Assembly: GCA_951406725.2 (NCBI GenBank)
Contig: OX597823.1
Coordinates: forward strand, 102,238,001-102,302,000
Length of the DNA: 64,000 nt
Direction of reading: 5' to 3'
Source of the DNA: Octopus vulgaris
Taxonomy: Eukaryota
Position 1 is the stretch's first letter, and every line of letters begins with the position of its first letter. A program made the translations under genes and the position numbers. This document shows, piece by piece, positions 14,272 through 27,394 of the stretch. The notes beneath the pieces were generated by a model, which worked only from the letters and a program-made list of their open reading frames with translations, had not been told where the DNA came from and searched no databases.

Positions 14272-16020
14272 GGGACAAGGGTGGAGCTGTGGTGGTGTGG
14301 CGCGCGGACCTCTACAGGGCCGAGGCTCTCCGCCAACTCAATGACACCTCTCACACGTAGCTACCAACAGACGGTATCCTCTACTGTCCACGACCTCATC
14401 TCGTCCGCCCGTCTCCCCCACACCACATCCAACCTAATTGTGCGAACCCCACGCACCCACACCATTTACTTCCTCCCCAAAATCCACAAACCCAACAACC
14501 CTGGCCGCCCCATCGTCTCCGCCTGTAACTGCCCCACGGAGCTCATCTCTAAATACCTCGACCGTGTCCTTGCCCCCCTAGTGGCGTCTCTTCCCTCCCA
14601 CATCCACGATACCAACCATGCTCTCCGGCTTTTCAACTCTTTCTCCTTTCCTCCCGGCTCCTCCAAAATCCTTTTTACTATGGACATCCAGAGCCTCTAT
14701 ACCGTTATCCCTCACCACGAAGGACTGCGGGCACTTCAACACTTTCTCGACCTCCGCCCCAACCCTGAACCTGACACCTCCACACTCATTCGTCTGGCCG
14801 AACTTGTCCTTACTCTCAACTGCTTCTCGTTCACGGGCGAGTTCTACCATCAGGTCTCGGGAGTGGCCATGGGAACGCGAATGGGCGCCAACTATGCGAA
14901 CCTGTTCGTTGGCTATGTTGAGGCCCAAATATTCTCTAATTTCACTGGTCCCACTCCTGAACTATACGGTCGTTACATTGACGACATTATCGGTGCCACC
15001 TCACTCTACCGTGAACATCTAGATTCCTTCCTCTCTTTCGTTCAATCCTTCCATCCAGCCCTCCACTATCTCCAACACCTCTGTCTCCTGCCTCGACATT
15101 TCGGTCAGCATTCATCACTCCACTCTTACCACCTCCATTCACTACAAACACACAGACTCACACTCATACCTCAACTTCTCTTCCTCCCACCCAAAACACA
15201 CCAAGCTTTCCATCCCCTATTCCCAATTCCTCCGTCTACGTAAGCTCTGTAGTGACGACCATGACTTTGAGACTCAGTCTCAACGTATGGCTCACCACTT
15301 CATCCTACGTGGATACCCCCTCACCACTATCCACACCGCCCTTGCCAGAGCACGTTCCGTAGACCATGCATCTGCTCTCTCTCCCCGAACCCGCCCTGTA
15401 GTCTCCCGCCTCCCTTTTCCCCTCACTTACCACCCCACGACCCTACCTCTCCAACGCACCATTCTTCGAGCTTTCCGGCATCTCCAGTCCGACCCGTCCA
15501 CTTCACACCTCTTCCCTAACCGACCCCTCCCCTCCCTTAAACGAGCCCATAACCTACGAGACCTTTTGGTCCATAGCTCCTTCCCTAACCCTACCTCCCA
15601 ACCTGGCTCGTTCCCCTGCTCCCGCCCACGTTGTCGAACTTGCCCTTACCTCTCCAACACCACCCTCCTCACTGGCACCCATCATCGACCCTATCGCATC
15701 ATCAACTCCTTCACCTGCACCTCCAGCAATATCATCTATTGCGTCTCTTGCTCTCTCTGTCATTCCCTGTACATCAGACAAACGGGACGCCGTTTGGCTG
15801 ACCAGTTCGCGGAACACCTCCGTGACATCCGCCTTGCCAACGACACACCGGTCTCGCCATTTCCGCTCCACCGGTCACTCCTTGCAACACCTGTCTGTGT
15901 TCGGTTTGTCCTTGCACAGAGGCCATCCGGATTCCCGTTTGCGCCGTGAACAGGAATTAATCTTCTCTCTTCGCTCTTTTACGCCATTTGGTCTCAACTC
16001 TCCCCCTCCTCATCTAACCC
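14272..16020 (+). mobile_element. Penelope-like retroelement (RT + GIY-YIG, Neptune-type Cys linker), 5'-truncated, frameshifted
   Basis: [53 protein letters not shown]; linker CSRPRCRTC; NIIYC..C..C..LYIRQT...EH; REQELIF...GLN. Confidence 0.92.
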
Positions 16021-16540
16021 CCCTCTCCCCCTCCTCATCTAACCTCCCCCCGACCCCTACTTCTCTTTAGTCCTTCATCCTTTCACCCCTACTCCCTTTC
16101 CCTCCTCTTCCCTCTTTCTTCTTCCCTCTTTCTCTCTGCTCCCTCACTCCCCTTCTCTCTCTCTCTCCCTCTATCCTCCCTCCTCTTCTCCTCTCCTTTC
16201 TTCTCCCCCTTCCCCCTCCTCCCTCCTCTTTCCTTCACCCCCTCACCCTCACCCCTCATCTCATCTCCCCCTCCACCCTCCACCCTCATCTCATCTCATC
16301 TCACCTTCACCACCCCCTCCTTCTTTCCTTCTCCCCCTCTCCCCTCCTCACTCTCACCTTTCCCCTTCTCCCTCCTCTTCTCCTCTTTCCTTTTCCCCTC
16401 CTCTTTCCTTTCCCCCTCTTCCTCTCTCCCCCTCTCCCTCTCCCCCTCTCCTCCCTCATCTCTCCTCTCCTCTCTCTCCCCCTTACCTCCCCCTTATATC
16501 CTCCCTCCTCCTCCCCTCTCCCCCTCATCTCCTCTCTCTA
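15995..16540. repeat. Polypyrimidine (C/T) low-complexity tract 3' of the Penelope ORF
   Basis: Direct reading. Confidence 0.9.
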
Positions 16541-16805
16541 CACTACACCATACGACTTTACACATCACATCATATATACATACACACGTCCATACCTCTC
16601 ATACGCACTACATACTCTCTCATACACACACACACTCTTATGTTGGGCGAGGTCATTTAACCCTGTTATCTCCCCTAATTTCGCTCTTGCGTCTCACGTC
16701 TGATCTTTGACTTCTGGCCGAAACCAGATCGCCATGTTGATTCGCTAGCCTCTGCACGCATTTTTTTTTCTCTCCTTGTTTCTTTCTGTGTTTCTTTTGT
16801 GTGTA

Positions 16806-16843
16806 TCTTTCTGTTGAAGAGCGTAGGCTCGAAACGTAAAAGA
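16806..16843 (+). ncRNA. Minimal hammerhead motif, core degenerate at position 6
   Basis: ucuuu-CUGUUGA-A-gagc(guag)gcuc-GAA-ACGU-A^aaaga. Within a ~220-bp repeat also at 31575-31770 (-). Confidence 0.6.
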
Positions 16844-16939
16844 CTTTTTTTATTTATATTCCTGAGCGCCATACTAATACAATTGTTTGTTTGTACTCCA
16901 CCTGCCTTCGTCTTTTGTTTATTTTCATAAAGCTTCCCG

Positions 16940-17073
<134 letters not shown>

Positions 17074-17132
17074 CACATCTTGTATCACATTTGTATCACA
17101 TCTAAACTATGACTTAACTATCCTCTCACACC

Positions 17133-17184
17133 GTCTCCGATGAAGGGATATTATTAATAAATATCCTAGAAACAGCTGTAAGAC
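17133..17184 (+). ncRNA. Type I hammerhead motif, U4C core variant
   Basis: gucu-CCGAUGA-ag-ggauauu(auuaaua)aauaucc-ua-GAA-ACAGCUGU-A^agac. Confidence 0.7.
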
Positions 17185-17423
17185 CTTCTATCTATAAATG
17201 CTCTAATATCTATACAGCCTTGGTTTTTTTTATCTCATTACGCAAAAAGTAAGAAAGAAAAAAATTGATAGGTGTGGGAGGAAGAAACGTGTAAGAGAGA
17301 TGAAAGGAAACAGGTAGTTACGTGTTAGAGAGAGAGGGAGGAATAGAAAGAGAGTGAGAGGAAAGATAGTGAGAAAGAGTGTATAAAAGGTAGAGAATAC
17401 GACGAGTGAGATGAGTAAATAGA

Positions 17424-17486
<63 letters not shown>

Positions 17487-18250
17487 GTGTGTGCATGTGC
17501 GTGTGTGTGCGTGTTTGACAAACAGAGACAGTGAGAGGAGAGAGTAAGAAAAAGTGTTAAGGAGATAGAGAACGACAGAGACAATGAAAGTGTGTTAGAG
17601 AGAGAGTGTAAGGAATTATTAGAGAGTGTGTGCAATGGATAGATAAATAGTGGGAGTGTATATTTAAATGTGTGTGTGTGTGTGTATGCGTGTGCGTGTG
17701 TGTGTGCATGTGTGTGTGTGTGTGTGTGCGTGTGCATGTATAATAGATCAGCTCGGCGTAATGAACAAGACCGGTGCTGTCTGTCGCAAGTGCACAGTTG
17801 GGACATTCTGTGTTGGCAATAAAAAAAAAGTTTAATGGTTCCGTCGTCAGAGAAGTCATTAGAACAGCGGTTGAAATATACTGGTGTTTTACGCACGCAC
17901 ACGCACACACACACAAACAAGCGCGCGCGCGTGTGAAGTTCCATACATACATGAAAAATGGTAATGTGTCAGTAATGGATCAGGCCTCAGACATCAGACA
18001 CCAGACATGTTCATTATCGTCACATTGGTTCGGCAACACCGTACTCTAGAGATAACACAGCTACACAACAATAACACATAAATGCATGTGTGTGTGTGTG
18101 TGTGTGCAGATGGTATGCGTGCTGTGTGTGCATATGCCTGTACGTATATATCGTATAAATATGTGTGTGCTTGCATGTGTGTATATGTAAATGTGAGTGT
18201 ATATATATATATGTGTATATACTTATGCATACTTATATATATAAATGTAC

Positions 18251-18317
<67 letters not shown>

Positions 18318-18367
18318 CATACACATAGAGAGAGAGACATGCACGCACATTATATATACATATACAT

Positions 18368-18402
<35 letters not shown>

Positions 18403-19034
18403 ATATATACTATATATATGAAGTATACATGCGTGGGCATATTTATATATATGTATATATATACGTACAGGCATATGTGTGTGTGTGTGTGCTTGTGCGT
18501 CTGTGAGTAGATATGTAATCACGACGCCGTTCCGGCATACCCACAAACAACAAACTAACACCAATAAAAAAGATTAAAAGAGAATCCAGAAGAAGCACGT
18601 TAGATTTTCTAATTCCTCTCTTACTTCTCATCCTCCTCTAATTACTGGAGGGACAGTAAAAGCGGAAGAGTCGGAAGAAGAATATAAAAAGTACAACAAG
18701 AGAAGCAATCACACACGTATCACAGACGCCCGTGATCAATGAAGTGAACGGTGGTAATGTACGGAAATCGACTCAGTCAACTAAACTGTCGTTATTTGCA
18801 TCAATTAAATGAAATCCTATATACTACAATCGGTTTCACATAATTGCGTGTCGCATAATTGCATAATTTGTTTAGTTCCTTTGTTGCATCTCGGGCAGAT
18901 CATTATGCCAATAATAAGCACACGTAGTGATTCTTTTTACAGGTACTTGTATTTTTTTGCAGCGTGGAAGGTGTTTATAAGCCATTTAAGAAACACACAA
19001 AAACCGTTAGATACCCTTCAACATTTAAATTTAA

Positions 19035-19085
19035 TTTGTCAAAATATTTTCATCGCTTTGAGACTGCGACCTGTTCACTGACAAA
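19035..19085 (-). ncRNA. Type I hammerhead, G3-C8 core variant
   Basis: uuuguca-GUGAACA-G-gucgc(agucucaaa)gcgau-GAA-AAUAUU-U^ugacaaa. 7-bp stem I. Confidence 0.7.
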
Positions 19086-19104
19086 ACTTCGTGCTGCACG
19101 CAGT

Positions 19105-19155
19105 TTTGTCCGTGAACAGGTCGCGGTCTCAAAGCGATGAAAATATTTTGACAAA
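19105..19155 (+). ncRNA. Type I hammerhead, G3-C8 core variant (right-arm copy)
   Basis: Mirror of 19035-19085 with one stem I mismatch. Confidence 0.65.
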
Positions 19156-20457
19156 TTAAATTTAAATGTTGAAGGGTATCTAACGGTTTTTGTGTGTTTC
19201 TTAAATGGCTTATAAACACCTTCCATGCTGCAATTGTTTTCGTTACAGCACACGATCTCAGATCAAGTCACTCGCTATGCAAGTACATCTCCGTAATGTA
19301 TTTTTTTTTGTTTTTTGTTTTTTGGTTTTTATCAATTGGTTAACCATTTAACCAGTTTACTAATCGATTGTTCGGTCGGTCAATCAGTCAGCTAGGTTTG
19401 TCAAAGTCCTTTCGCCACCATTCGCGAATACATCGATGACATTCCCTCACTATTCCAGGTATGCTTCAGGACTTCATGCCTGTCTCCTAGTTTACAGGTT
19501 ATACATTTACCATTATTTTCTGGCATACAAGTTGATGTAGTGTAAACTTGTTAACACTCAAACATATGTCCAAATTCTGCTCCATTTTACATGGACTTTT
19601 TGGTTTTCCAAAGTTATCGTGGTGCATAAGTTGACCTACCTTTTCATGGCCGTAAATTTAGTTTGAAAAATTCGACTTGTACGCCGGAGAATACGGTGTA
19701 TCTATATGGAACTGAGGAAGAATGTGTGAGCATTCACCAACCCATTTATCAAAAATCTGTATGAAATTCATCTGTTAATTATAAATGCAAATAAATTTAA
19801 TTTCAATTAATTTTAGGGGACAATACATTCCAATTTCGTGTAAAGAAAAAATGAAGGGAATGAAAAATCTTGTTATGAACACAGAGTTACAAACTGGCAA
19901 ACCAGAGAACATCCATCGGATAACTATTGTAGTATACAAATTTCGATATAAATAGGTGTAAGTAGTAAACTGTGACTGCGAAGTTGTTCGAGAGCGTGAC
20001 AAGGGAGACAAGTGTGTCAGGCCGATAAAGAGCGATAGGATGGACGGTGAAAATATGTTGGAGAAAGATGGCGTAAGGAAGTGTGCATTTGTGAATTATG
20101 GGCAGGCACGTATGAAATAAATATAGTAGTTTGCGCATGTGCGTCTGAAATTGACCGGTTAATGGTAACTGCAAATAAAATCAATTTCAGTTAATTGCAA
20201 GAAGGGTTTTATCTTTTTCCCAATTTTGAGCAAAAACAAAAATAAAAACTGAAAAGAATGAAAACTTCGTCAGCTCGAAGCCACAAATTGTCAAACCACA
20301 CAATACATACTAGACATGTCTGAAGTACGGCTGTGTAGAAGAAGCTCGCTTAGGAAGCACGCAGTTTCAAGCAGCACCTTGGGCATTGGTCTTCTACTGT
20401 AGCCCCGGACTGGCCTATGCCGTGTGTCTGAATTTGGTAGACGGAAACTGTGGAAAC

Positions 20458-20490
<33 letters not shown>

Positions 20491-21245
20491 TCGTGTGTGT
20501 GTCTATTTGTGTCTTCCTCCACCCCACCCCAACGCTAGACCGCTGGTGTTGGTTCGCTTCTCTGCTCGCAACATCTCTAATCTCTGGACAATCCTGATTG
20601 AGTAAACTTATTACCTGAGTCTTTCCAGCTATGACTATCTCGTCTTGCCTTTTTATTTATATATAATTTTTTTCTGACATATCATCCTGGGCTAAATTAC
20701 CAACATTCATTCTTCCAGGTTTTAAGAAGTGTATATCAGAAATCTCGGCGTATATTATCTAATATATCTAAAAATGGTAGGCTGAGATTTGAAGGTGATT
20801 TGCTTGCTTTTTCTAGAGAGTGTTTAGAGACTCCATCATTTAAAAACCATAAAATGTGGCAGCATCTGTTGCAATCCACCTTGTGCAGTGTGTCCTTGGA
20901 CAAAACTCTTAACTATCGAAGGCCCAGTTCACCTATATATATATGGACATTCTACCTCTCTCCACTGGACTTTTTACCTTTAAGGACACTTACTCTCTGG
21001 CTGCACCTCTCCTACACGGATCACAGTGACTTTGTTATTGATGTGAAATCCTTGAAATACACCAAGACGTCTACAAACTTTTGAACTTTTCGTAAAACTG
21101 TCCCTTTCGTTTTCACTTTATTTTTTTCATATTTTTCTTATATATTAATATTTTTTTACATTTATTACGCCATGATAGATCGTTAACTACTACACACTTT
21201 TTTCTCTCCTTGTTTCTCTCCTTGTTTTTTTCTGTGTATCTTTTT

Positions 21246-21281
<36 letters not shown>

Positions 21282-21289
<8 letters not shown>

Positions 21290-21754
21290 ATTAGGGCTTA
21301 GTAAAATAAATTACTTTGCCATATACTGAACTTAGTAGAAATAGCAGCCAAAAAAATTTTCTTAGCATTTCTACTACTTAAAGAAAAATTTCTCTCAGAT
21401 AATGTTTACTCCAGACAGCTCACGAAGGTTTGGGGGTAAATACAGAAAAATATCACAAGTACATAGATCGTTTGAGTGTTTCCAAATCCAAATTAAGAAA
21501 TTTTGAGCTGACGAAAGAAATGCTGATTTTATTTGGCTAATCTTGAAACGTTGACGTACTCAAACGATCTATGTACTTGTGATATTTTTCTGTATTTACC
21601 CCAAACCTTCGTGAGCTGTCTGGAGTAAACATTATCTGAGAGAAATTTTTCTTTAAGTAGTAGAAATGCTAAGAAAATTTTTTTTTGGCTGCTATTTCTA
21701 CTAAGTTCAGTATATGGCAAAGTAATTTATTTTACTAAGCCCTAATTATATAAT
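21282..21754. repeat. Inverted repeat, arms 21282-21477 / 21558-21754, with the HHR core in the spacer
   Basis: ~196-bp arms near-identical. Flanked by (TA)n. Confidence 0.93.
21502..21564 (+). ncRNA. Canonical type I hammerhead ribozyme
   Basis: uuugag-CUGACGA-aaga..gcuga..uuggc..ucuu-GAA-ACGU(ug)ACGU-A^cucaaa. 6-bp stem I, GUA triplet. Confidence 0.8.
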
Positions 21755-21850
21755 GTAATATTTTGAATTCGCCTTAAATGGTCCTTTTACATACTGAACA
21801 CTTGGTGAAACTGATTAATTGATTAATTAATTAATTTTACCCTCAATTGT

Positions 21851-21927
<77 letters not shown>

Positions 21928-22034
21928 GGCTTAGTAAAATAAATTATGAATTCGCCTTAAATGGTCCCTTTACATACTGAACACTTGGTGAAATTGATTA
22001 ATAATTAATTAATTAATTTTACCCTCAATTGTTG

Positions 22035-22078
<44 letters not shown>

Positions 22079-23457
22079 TAGGCGCTACACAATAAGAACA
22101 ATTCGCTGTTATAAAACTGAGAAGTGCATCACTCTTGTTGCTTGATCTCAGGTCAATACAATGATCAAAAGCATTCCAGTTATGGCCATCTCATCTGTTT
22201 TTGAAATGTTCCAAGGATAACTTTATGTAAAGTGACATTTTCTTTTTTTAAAACGGTATCGTATGACCAGAATTAGATTTTACAGCTATTTCTAACAGGC
22301 TGGGCAACCGCATAGAGGACTTTGTGAATGTCTCATCAGCATGCAGAGTTGATATCAACTTCTGAATGTGTATCTTGGGGAACCATGGTCTTTGTCAAAC
22401 TGTTTTTGGTAACGACACATATGTTAATCTGATAGCTTCAATTAGAACTCTCTACTACCCTGATGTGACTCAACACACACGCTATGGGATTTATTCCTGA
22501 CATGCGCGATGACGTGCCAGGGACGATGAGTGAATATACATACATGCAACCGCATGTGCACGCACACTCGTACAAACACATACTCACACACATATACATA
22601 GTGAGACATATGAATATGTAAATACACATCATATTTATAAACACACATACACGTACATACCTACGTATATACAGGTATGTTGTGCAAAAACATACTGACA
22701 TAAATACACATATACATGTGTTTGTGTGTGTGTGTGTGTGCGCGCGCATAGTGAGAGAGCAAGGGAGAGTGAGACGTTGACAGTGAAAACCGAATATATC
22801 TGGCAATGACAGTGACAGCTGGTGTATATCGATCATTGGATTATAGGCCTATAATCGCGGGGAAAAAAAGTATTTTATTTATCGATGATAATATTATGAA
22901 GTATATTGATCGGAGTATGTAACGAAATGTCACTTATTATTTCCTTGACCATACATACATACATACATACACACATACATAGAACCATATATATATATAC
23001 CATATAAACATATAGTCATAAACATATACATATATGCATACATAGATGCATATATACATGCATACATATGTGTAGTACATTCATAAATATATATTTACAT
23101 ACATAAGTGCATACACTTGTACATATGTACATTGCCGAGTGCAAACACAACAGGTTGGATATCGGTGTCTTAGACAGACGAGAAAAGGTATGTGCTGTCA
23201 CAAGAAGATCTCTTCGAAAATCAAAGAGGAAACGAATAACTATGGGCAAGCGCTTGAAAATCTTCAGCTTTTATACCCAGATTATAAATCACATTTATAT
23301 GCATAATAATTGGAGCATTTGCTTTTATTAGTAAATACCTAAGTGACAATCTGGAAAAGCTGGAGTTATCATGAAAACAGATCAGCCCACCGAATTCGCA
23401 CATTGAAAATACAGTTTATCAACGGAATAATGATAATATGCAAGACTTTATATCTAA

Positions 23458-23576
<119 letters not shown>

Positions 23577-23586
23577 GCTAGCTCTC

Positions 23587-23644
<58 letters not shown>

Positions 23645-23766
23645 CACAGGAGTGGCTGCGTGGTAAGAAGCTTGCTTCCCAACCACATGGTTCCGAATGC
23701 AATCCCACTGCGTGGCAACTTTAACAAGTGTCTTCTACTATTACCACGGGCCGACCAAACCCTTGC

Positions 23767-24240
23767 GAGTGGACGTACTTTCCCTCTATACCTCTATACC
23801 CGCTCTCCCACCCGTTGATATCCTCATAGACCACATTACGTCCTTATCTCCCGCATATTTCATTGCCTACCACCTCTCTTATCATTTCTCCCACCATCCC
23901 CTGCAACCTCCTTCTCCCCAACTTCCTCTTCATCTTCTCCCACCTCCCCATCCATCAATCTGCAGCTCTTCGGCCTCACACCCTCGGACATTCGAGAGTT
24001 AGTGACCATTATAGTTGGTAATACCTACTTTCAATATAACGATGTGATTTACAAACAGACTTCCGGCCTACCTATGGGGTCTAGCCTTTCAGACCTGCTG
24101 GCCATCACGTACATGGATAAGCTAGAACGCACAGCACTCAACACCTGCCGCTCATGCATCTTCTTCTCCAGGTACGTTGATGACATCCTTATCATTAACA
24201 TATACTGGACCTCCAATAACACCGACATAAACATCAAATT
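23767..24240 (+). mobile_element. Second Penelope-like RT fragment
   Basis: DVLSLYTSIP; YFQYNDVIYKQTSGLPMGSSLS; FFSRYVDDIL. Confidence 0.8.
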
Positions 24241-24373
24241 CGTGTTGGTGTTCTCCCAGTCAACTGGTACTTTAAACTCTTCGGTTGCATATTTGTGTGA
24301 ATAAAATCGTTTTTCTTTGGAATAGAAAAAAGTCTATCTTTATTTCTTCTTTTGCTGGTGTCTCAAATTTAGG

Positions 24374-24602
24374 TTAACCCTTTAGTGTTTAAACTGGCCA
24401 AATCCGGCCCAATATATTCTACATGTTTTATATTCAAACTGGCAATATCTAGCTTCTCACACCTAACCTACAATGCCATTCTAAAAATAAACAAACACAT
24501 CATTGAAACCTCAAAGCTGTAAGATAATCCAGGATTAAGTCAAAACAATTTCAGTGAAAAAGTATTACATTTAACAGAGTAATCTAAACATTAAAGGGTT
24601 AA
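24374..24602. mobile_element. piggyBac-type MITE
   Basis: TTAA-CCCTTTAGTGTTTA...TAAACATTAAAGGG-TTAA: TIRs with a TTAA target site. Confidence 0.8.
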
Positions 24603-24714
24603 ATCAATGTTTCTCAAAAGGGAGGCCTATGGGACGGTCAGACAAGTTGTTTTCAGAAAATTTGGTTTAAATGTTTGACAACTCAGCACCGTCCATTGGA
24701 CGGGGGACGTTTTG

Positions 24715-24766
<52 letters not shown>

Positions 24767-24787
24767 TCTCTCTCTCTCTCTCTCTCT

Positions 24788-24819
<32 letters not shown>

Positions 24820-24820
<1 letters not shown>

Positions 24821-25097
24821 TGTTGTGTCTGGGGAGAGTCATTTTCTTTTTGTGCGTTATAATTTAACACACTCACCGGTAAAATTTCCACATCTCTTTT
24901 TTATTTTCCTAAAATTTTCGTTGCGTCTTGCAACCTTTTCAATAATTTTGACTCTCAAGAGTCAAAACTATTGAAAAAGTTGCAAGATGCAATGAAAATT
25001 TTAGAAAAATAAAAATAAGAAAAAAGTGGAAATTTTACCGGTGAGTGTGTTACATTATAAGGCACAAAAAGAAAATGACTCTCCCCAGACACAACAG
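24820..25097. repeat. ~278-bp palindrome centred at 24956-24957
   Basis: Arms are reverse complements with several mismatches. Flanked by (TA)n. Confidence 0.93.
24909..24945 (-). ncRNA. Minimal hammerhead-like motif, U3-A8 variant
   Basis: uua-UUGAAAA-G-guugc(aagac)gcaac-GAA-AAUU-U^uag. Mirror copy at 24968-25004 (+). Confidence 0.5.
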
Positions 25098-25152
25098 AAT
25101 ATGCTTCAACACACGAACTCATATAAAGAATCTTGCAAACCAAATCCCAAAA

Positions 25153-25195
<43 letters not shown>

Positions 25196-25216
25196 GCTGC
25201 AAAGCCATTACAAAAA

Positions 25217-25254
25217 CTGTTACTCAGAGTTTCACGTTCCCCTTCGTCGGACAG
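25217..25254 (-). ncRNA. Hammerhead motif (CCGACGA core, weak stem II)
   Basis: cugu-CCGACGA-aggggaacgu-GAA-ACUCUGAGU-A^acag. A degenerate CUGAUGA motif lies just upstream at ~25257-25300. Confidence 0.55.
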
Positions 25255-25449
25255 ATTTAGTGGAGATTCTCAACCAAAACTTTGTAGCTTCATCAGTAAA
25301 GCATATTTTTTGACCTCTGGTATTCGAGAACTATTTTTTCCACCTTGTTTCACATTTATGTGCTTACTCTGGTATATATGGATACATACATATATATATA
25401 TATTTACACACACACACACACACACATACATACATTCATATTTGTGTGA

Positions 25450-25482
<33 letters not shown>

Positions 25483-25831
25483 CAGGAAGGTTGCAATATC
25501 CTTTGCTACAAAGGTCACCGGAAATTTGAATTAGTGTTTTTTTTTTCTTTTAATATTATATGTATATAAATTTATATGCTTTTCTTTTAAGATTTTGACT
25601 TATGTATCGTATTTGTACCGGTCGCTAGCCTAATGGCAAGGCTACGAGGGAATAGGGGAAAGAGAAGCGGAACTGAGATATAGAAATATGTAAGATGAGA
25701 ATGTCACGATTTCTTTGTATTTTTCTTTTCCCGATGTTTCATCTTTAAATTACATAACTACTGACACGTAATAAACACATATGTCATGTATGTATATATA
25801 TATATGTATGTATGTGTGTGTGTGTGTGTGT

Positions 25832-27180
25832 TTACATAAAGTGGATCATGGTATGATATGCCACGAACTGATTTCGGCATAAGTGGAAATGTTGGAGCGT
25901 TGTTACACGACTTTCTGAAAGATAGAAGTCAAGCAATGGAGGCCAATGGAGCCAGCTCAAGGAAAACACAAATAGTGAGTGGTGTTCCACAGGGCACTGT
26001 CTTGGAACCACTGCTTTTCATAGTGGCTCTCTCAGATGTGCCCTCAGCTGCCTGCACAGCCACCCTTGCTAGCTACGCAGACGATTCGAAAGTCTCGCAG
26101 AAAATGCAGAAGTCCAGTGATGTTGCACGCCTGCAGGAGGACTCAATTTACAGATGGGCTGAGGATAACAATATGCAGTTTAATGCTGGAAAATTCCAAG
26201 CCCTGCGCTACCAGCGCCCAAAACTGAATCTTACAGGATACACTGATTCACAGGGGATTACCATCCCAGAGCCTAAATCAGTGCGGGACCTGGGTATCGA
26301 CGTGAGTGATGATACACGTACATACCTATGTATATACAGGTATGTTGTGCAAAAACATACTGACATAAATACACATATACATGTGTTTGTGTGTGTGTGT
26401 GTGTGCGCATAGTGAGAGAGCAAGGGAGAGTGAGACCTTGACAGTGAAAACCGAATATATCTGTACATTGCCAGGATAACGACAAAGTGCAGACGATTGG
26501 CTGGGTGGATCCTGAGAACCTTCAGAACCAGAGAGAAGGAAACTATGATGGTCCTCTAGAGGACATTCGTTCTCAGCCACTTGGACTACTGCTCCCAGCT
26601 ATGGTCACCCCACAGTATAAAATTAACAGCGGATCTTGAAGCAATCCAGCGTAGCTTCACAAAGAAGATCGTCTCATTGCAACAGATCAGCTACTGAGAT
26701 AGACTGAAACAGAAAAGTCTCTACTCCCTGGAGCGAAGGCGGGAGAGATATGCTGTAATATACATCTGGAAGATCCTGGAAGGGGTTGTGCCAAATTTTG
26801 GCATTGAAAGCTACACAAATGCCAAAACGGTTCGCCACTGCAGAGCGCCAAAAAGCCCCGCAATACCAGCGCGCTTCAGGACCCATTACTGCAACAGTCT
26901 GGGTTTCAGGGGCTCACAGATTTCTAATATTCTCCCAATGAACTTGAGGGGCCTACCCAAAGTGTATGCAGGTGTTTTCAAATCAAAACTGGATCTTTTT
27001 TTGTCGAGAGCCCCAAATGAACCTACCTCGCGGCAGGAGGTGCAAATGAGGGCAACGACATCAAACTCCCTTATTTACCAAATGCTACATATCAGACGAG
27101 GCTCACAATAATACCGGTATAGCAAAACGGCGTTGCCCCAGCATGGCCACAGCTTTGAGCTGAAACTAATAAAACATAAA
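25832..27180 (+). mobile_element. CR1/L2-group LINE remnant (RT)
   Basis: SGVPQGTVLEPLLF, YADDSK, MQFNAGKF, VRDLG, LDYCSQLWSP. Interrupted at 26312-26463. Confidence 0.85.
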
Positions 27181-27281
27181 ACATATATGTATTACAGTTC
27201 TATATTTAAGTGACGAGGAATTATGTACATTATTTACATTATTTATATATTTGTCCTCATCTTGTTTGTTGTTAACACAAC

Positions 27282-27357
27282 GGGCATATGGTGTAGTGGT
27301 TAAGAGCGCAGGCTACTAACCCTAAGATTCCGAGTTCGATTACAGGCAGTGATCTGA
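27282..27357 (+). mobile_element. tRNA-like (Pol III) SINE head followed by an AAT-rich linker
   Basis: A box TGGTGTAGTGG, B box GAGTTCGATTAC. No proper acceptor stem. Confidence 0.7.
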
Positions 27358-27394
27358 ATAACAATAATATGTTACCAGCGTTCTCAATAATCAC

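Larger units (their letters stand above)
18957..19233. repeat. 277-bp near-perfect palindrome centred at 19095
   Basis: Arms are reverse complements with a few mismatches. Confidence 0.95.

Noticed and set aside
14272-16020. Selenocysteine-encoding (Naiad-type) Penelope
   Set aside because: The linker cysteines use normal codons. No in-frame UGA at conserved Cys positions and no clear SECIS were seen.
16697-16735. CTGATC...GGCCGAAAC hammerhead-like string
   Set aside because: The core and stems are incomplete.
27282-27357. Possible tRNA gene (also 11514, 54694, 62837)
   Set aside because: No proper acceptor stem, and the sequence continues into repeat bodies. These are SINE heads.
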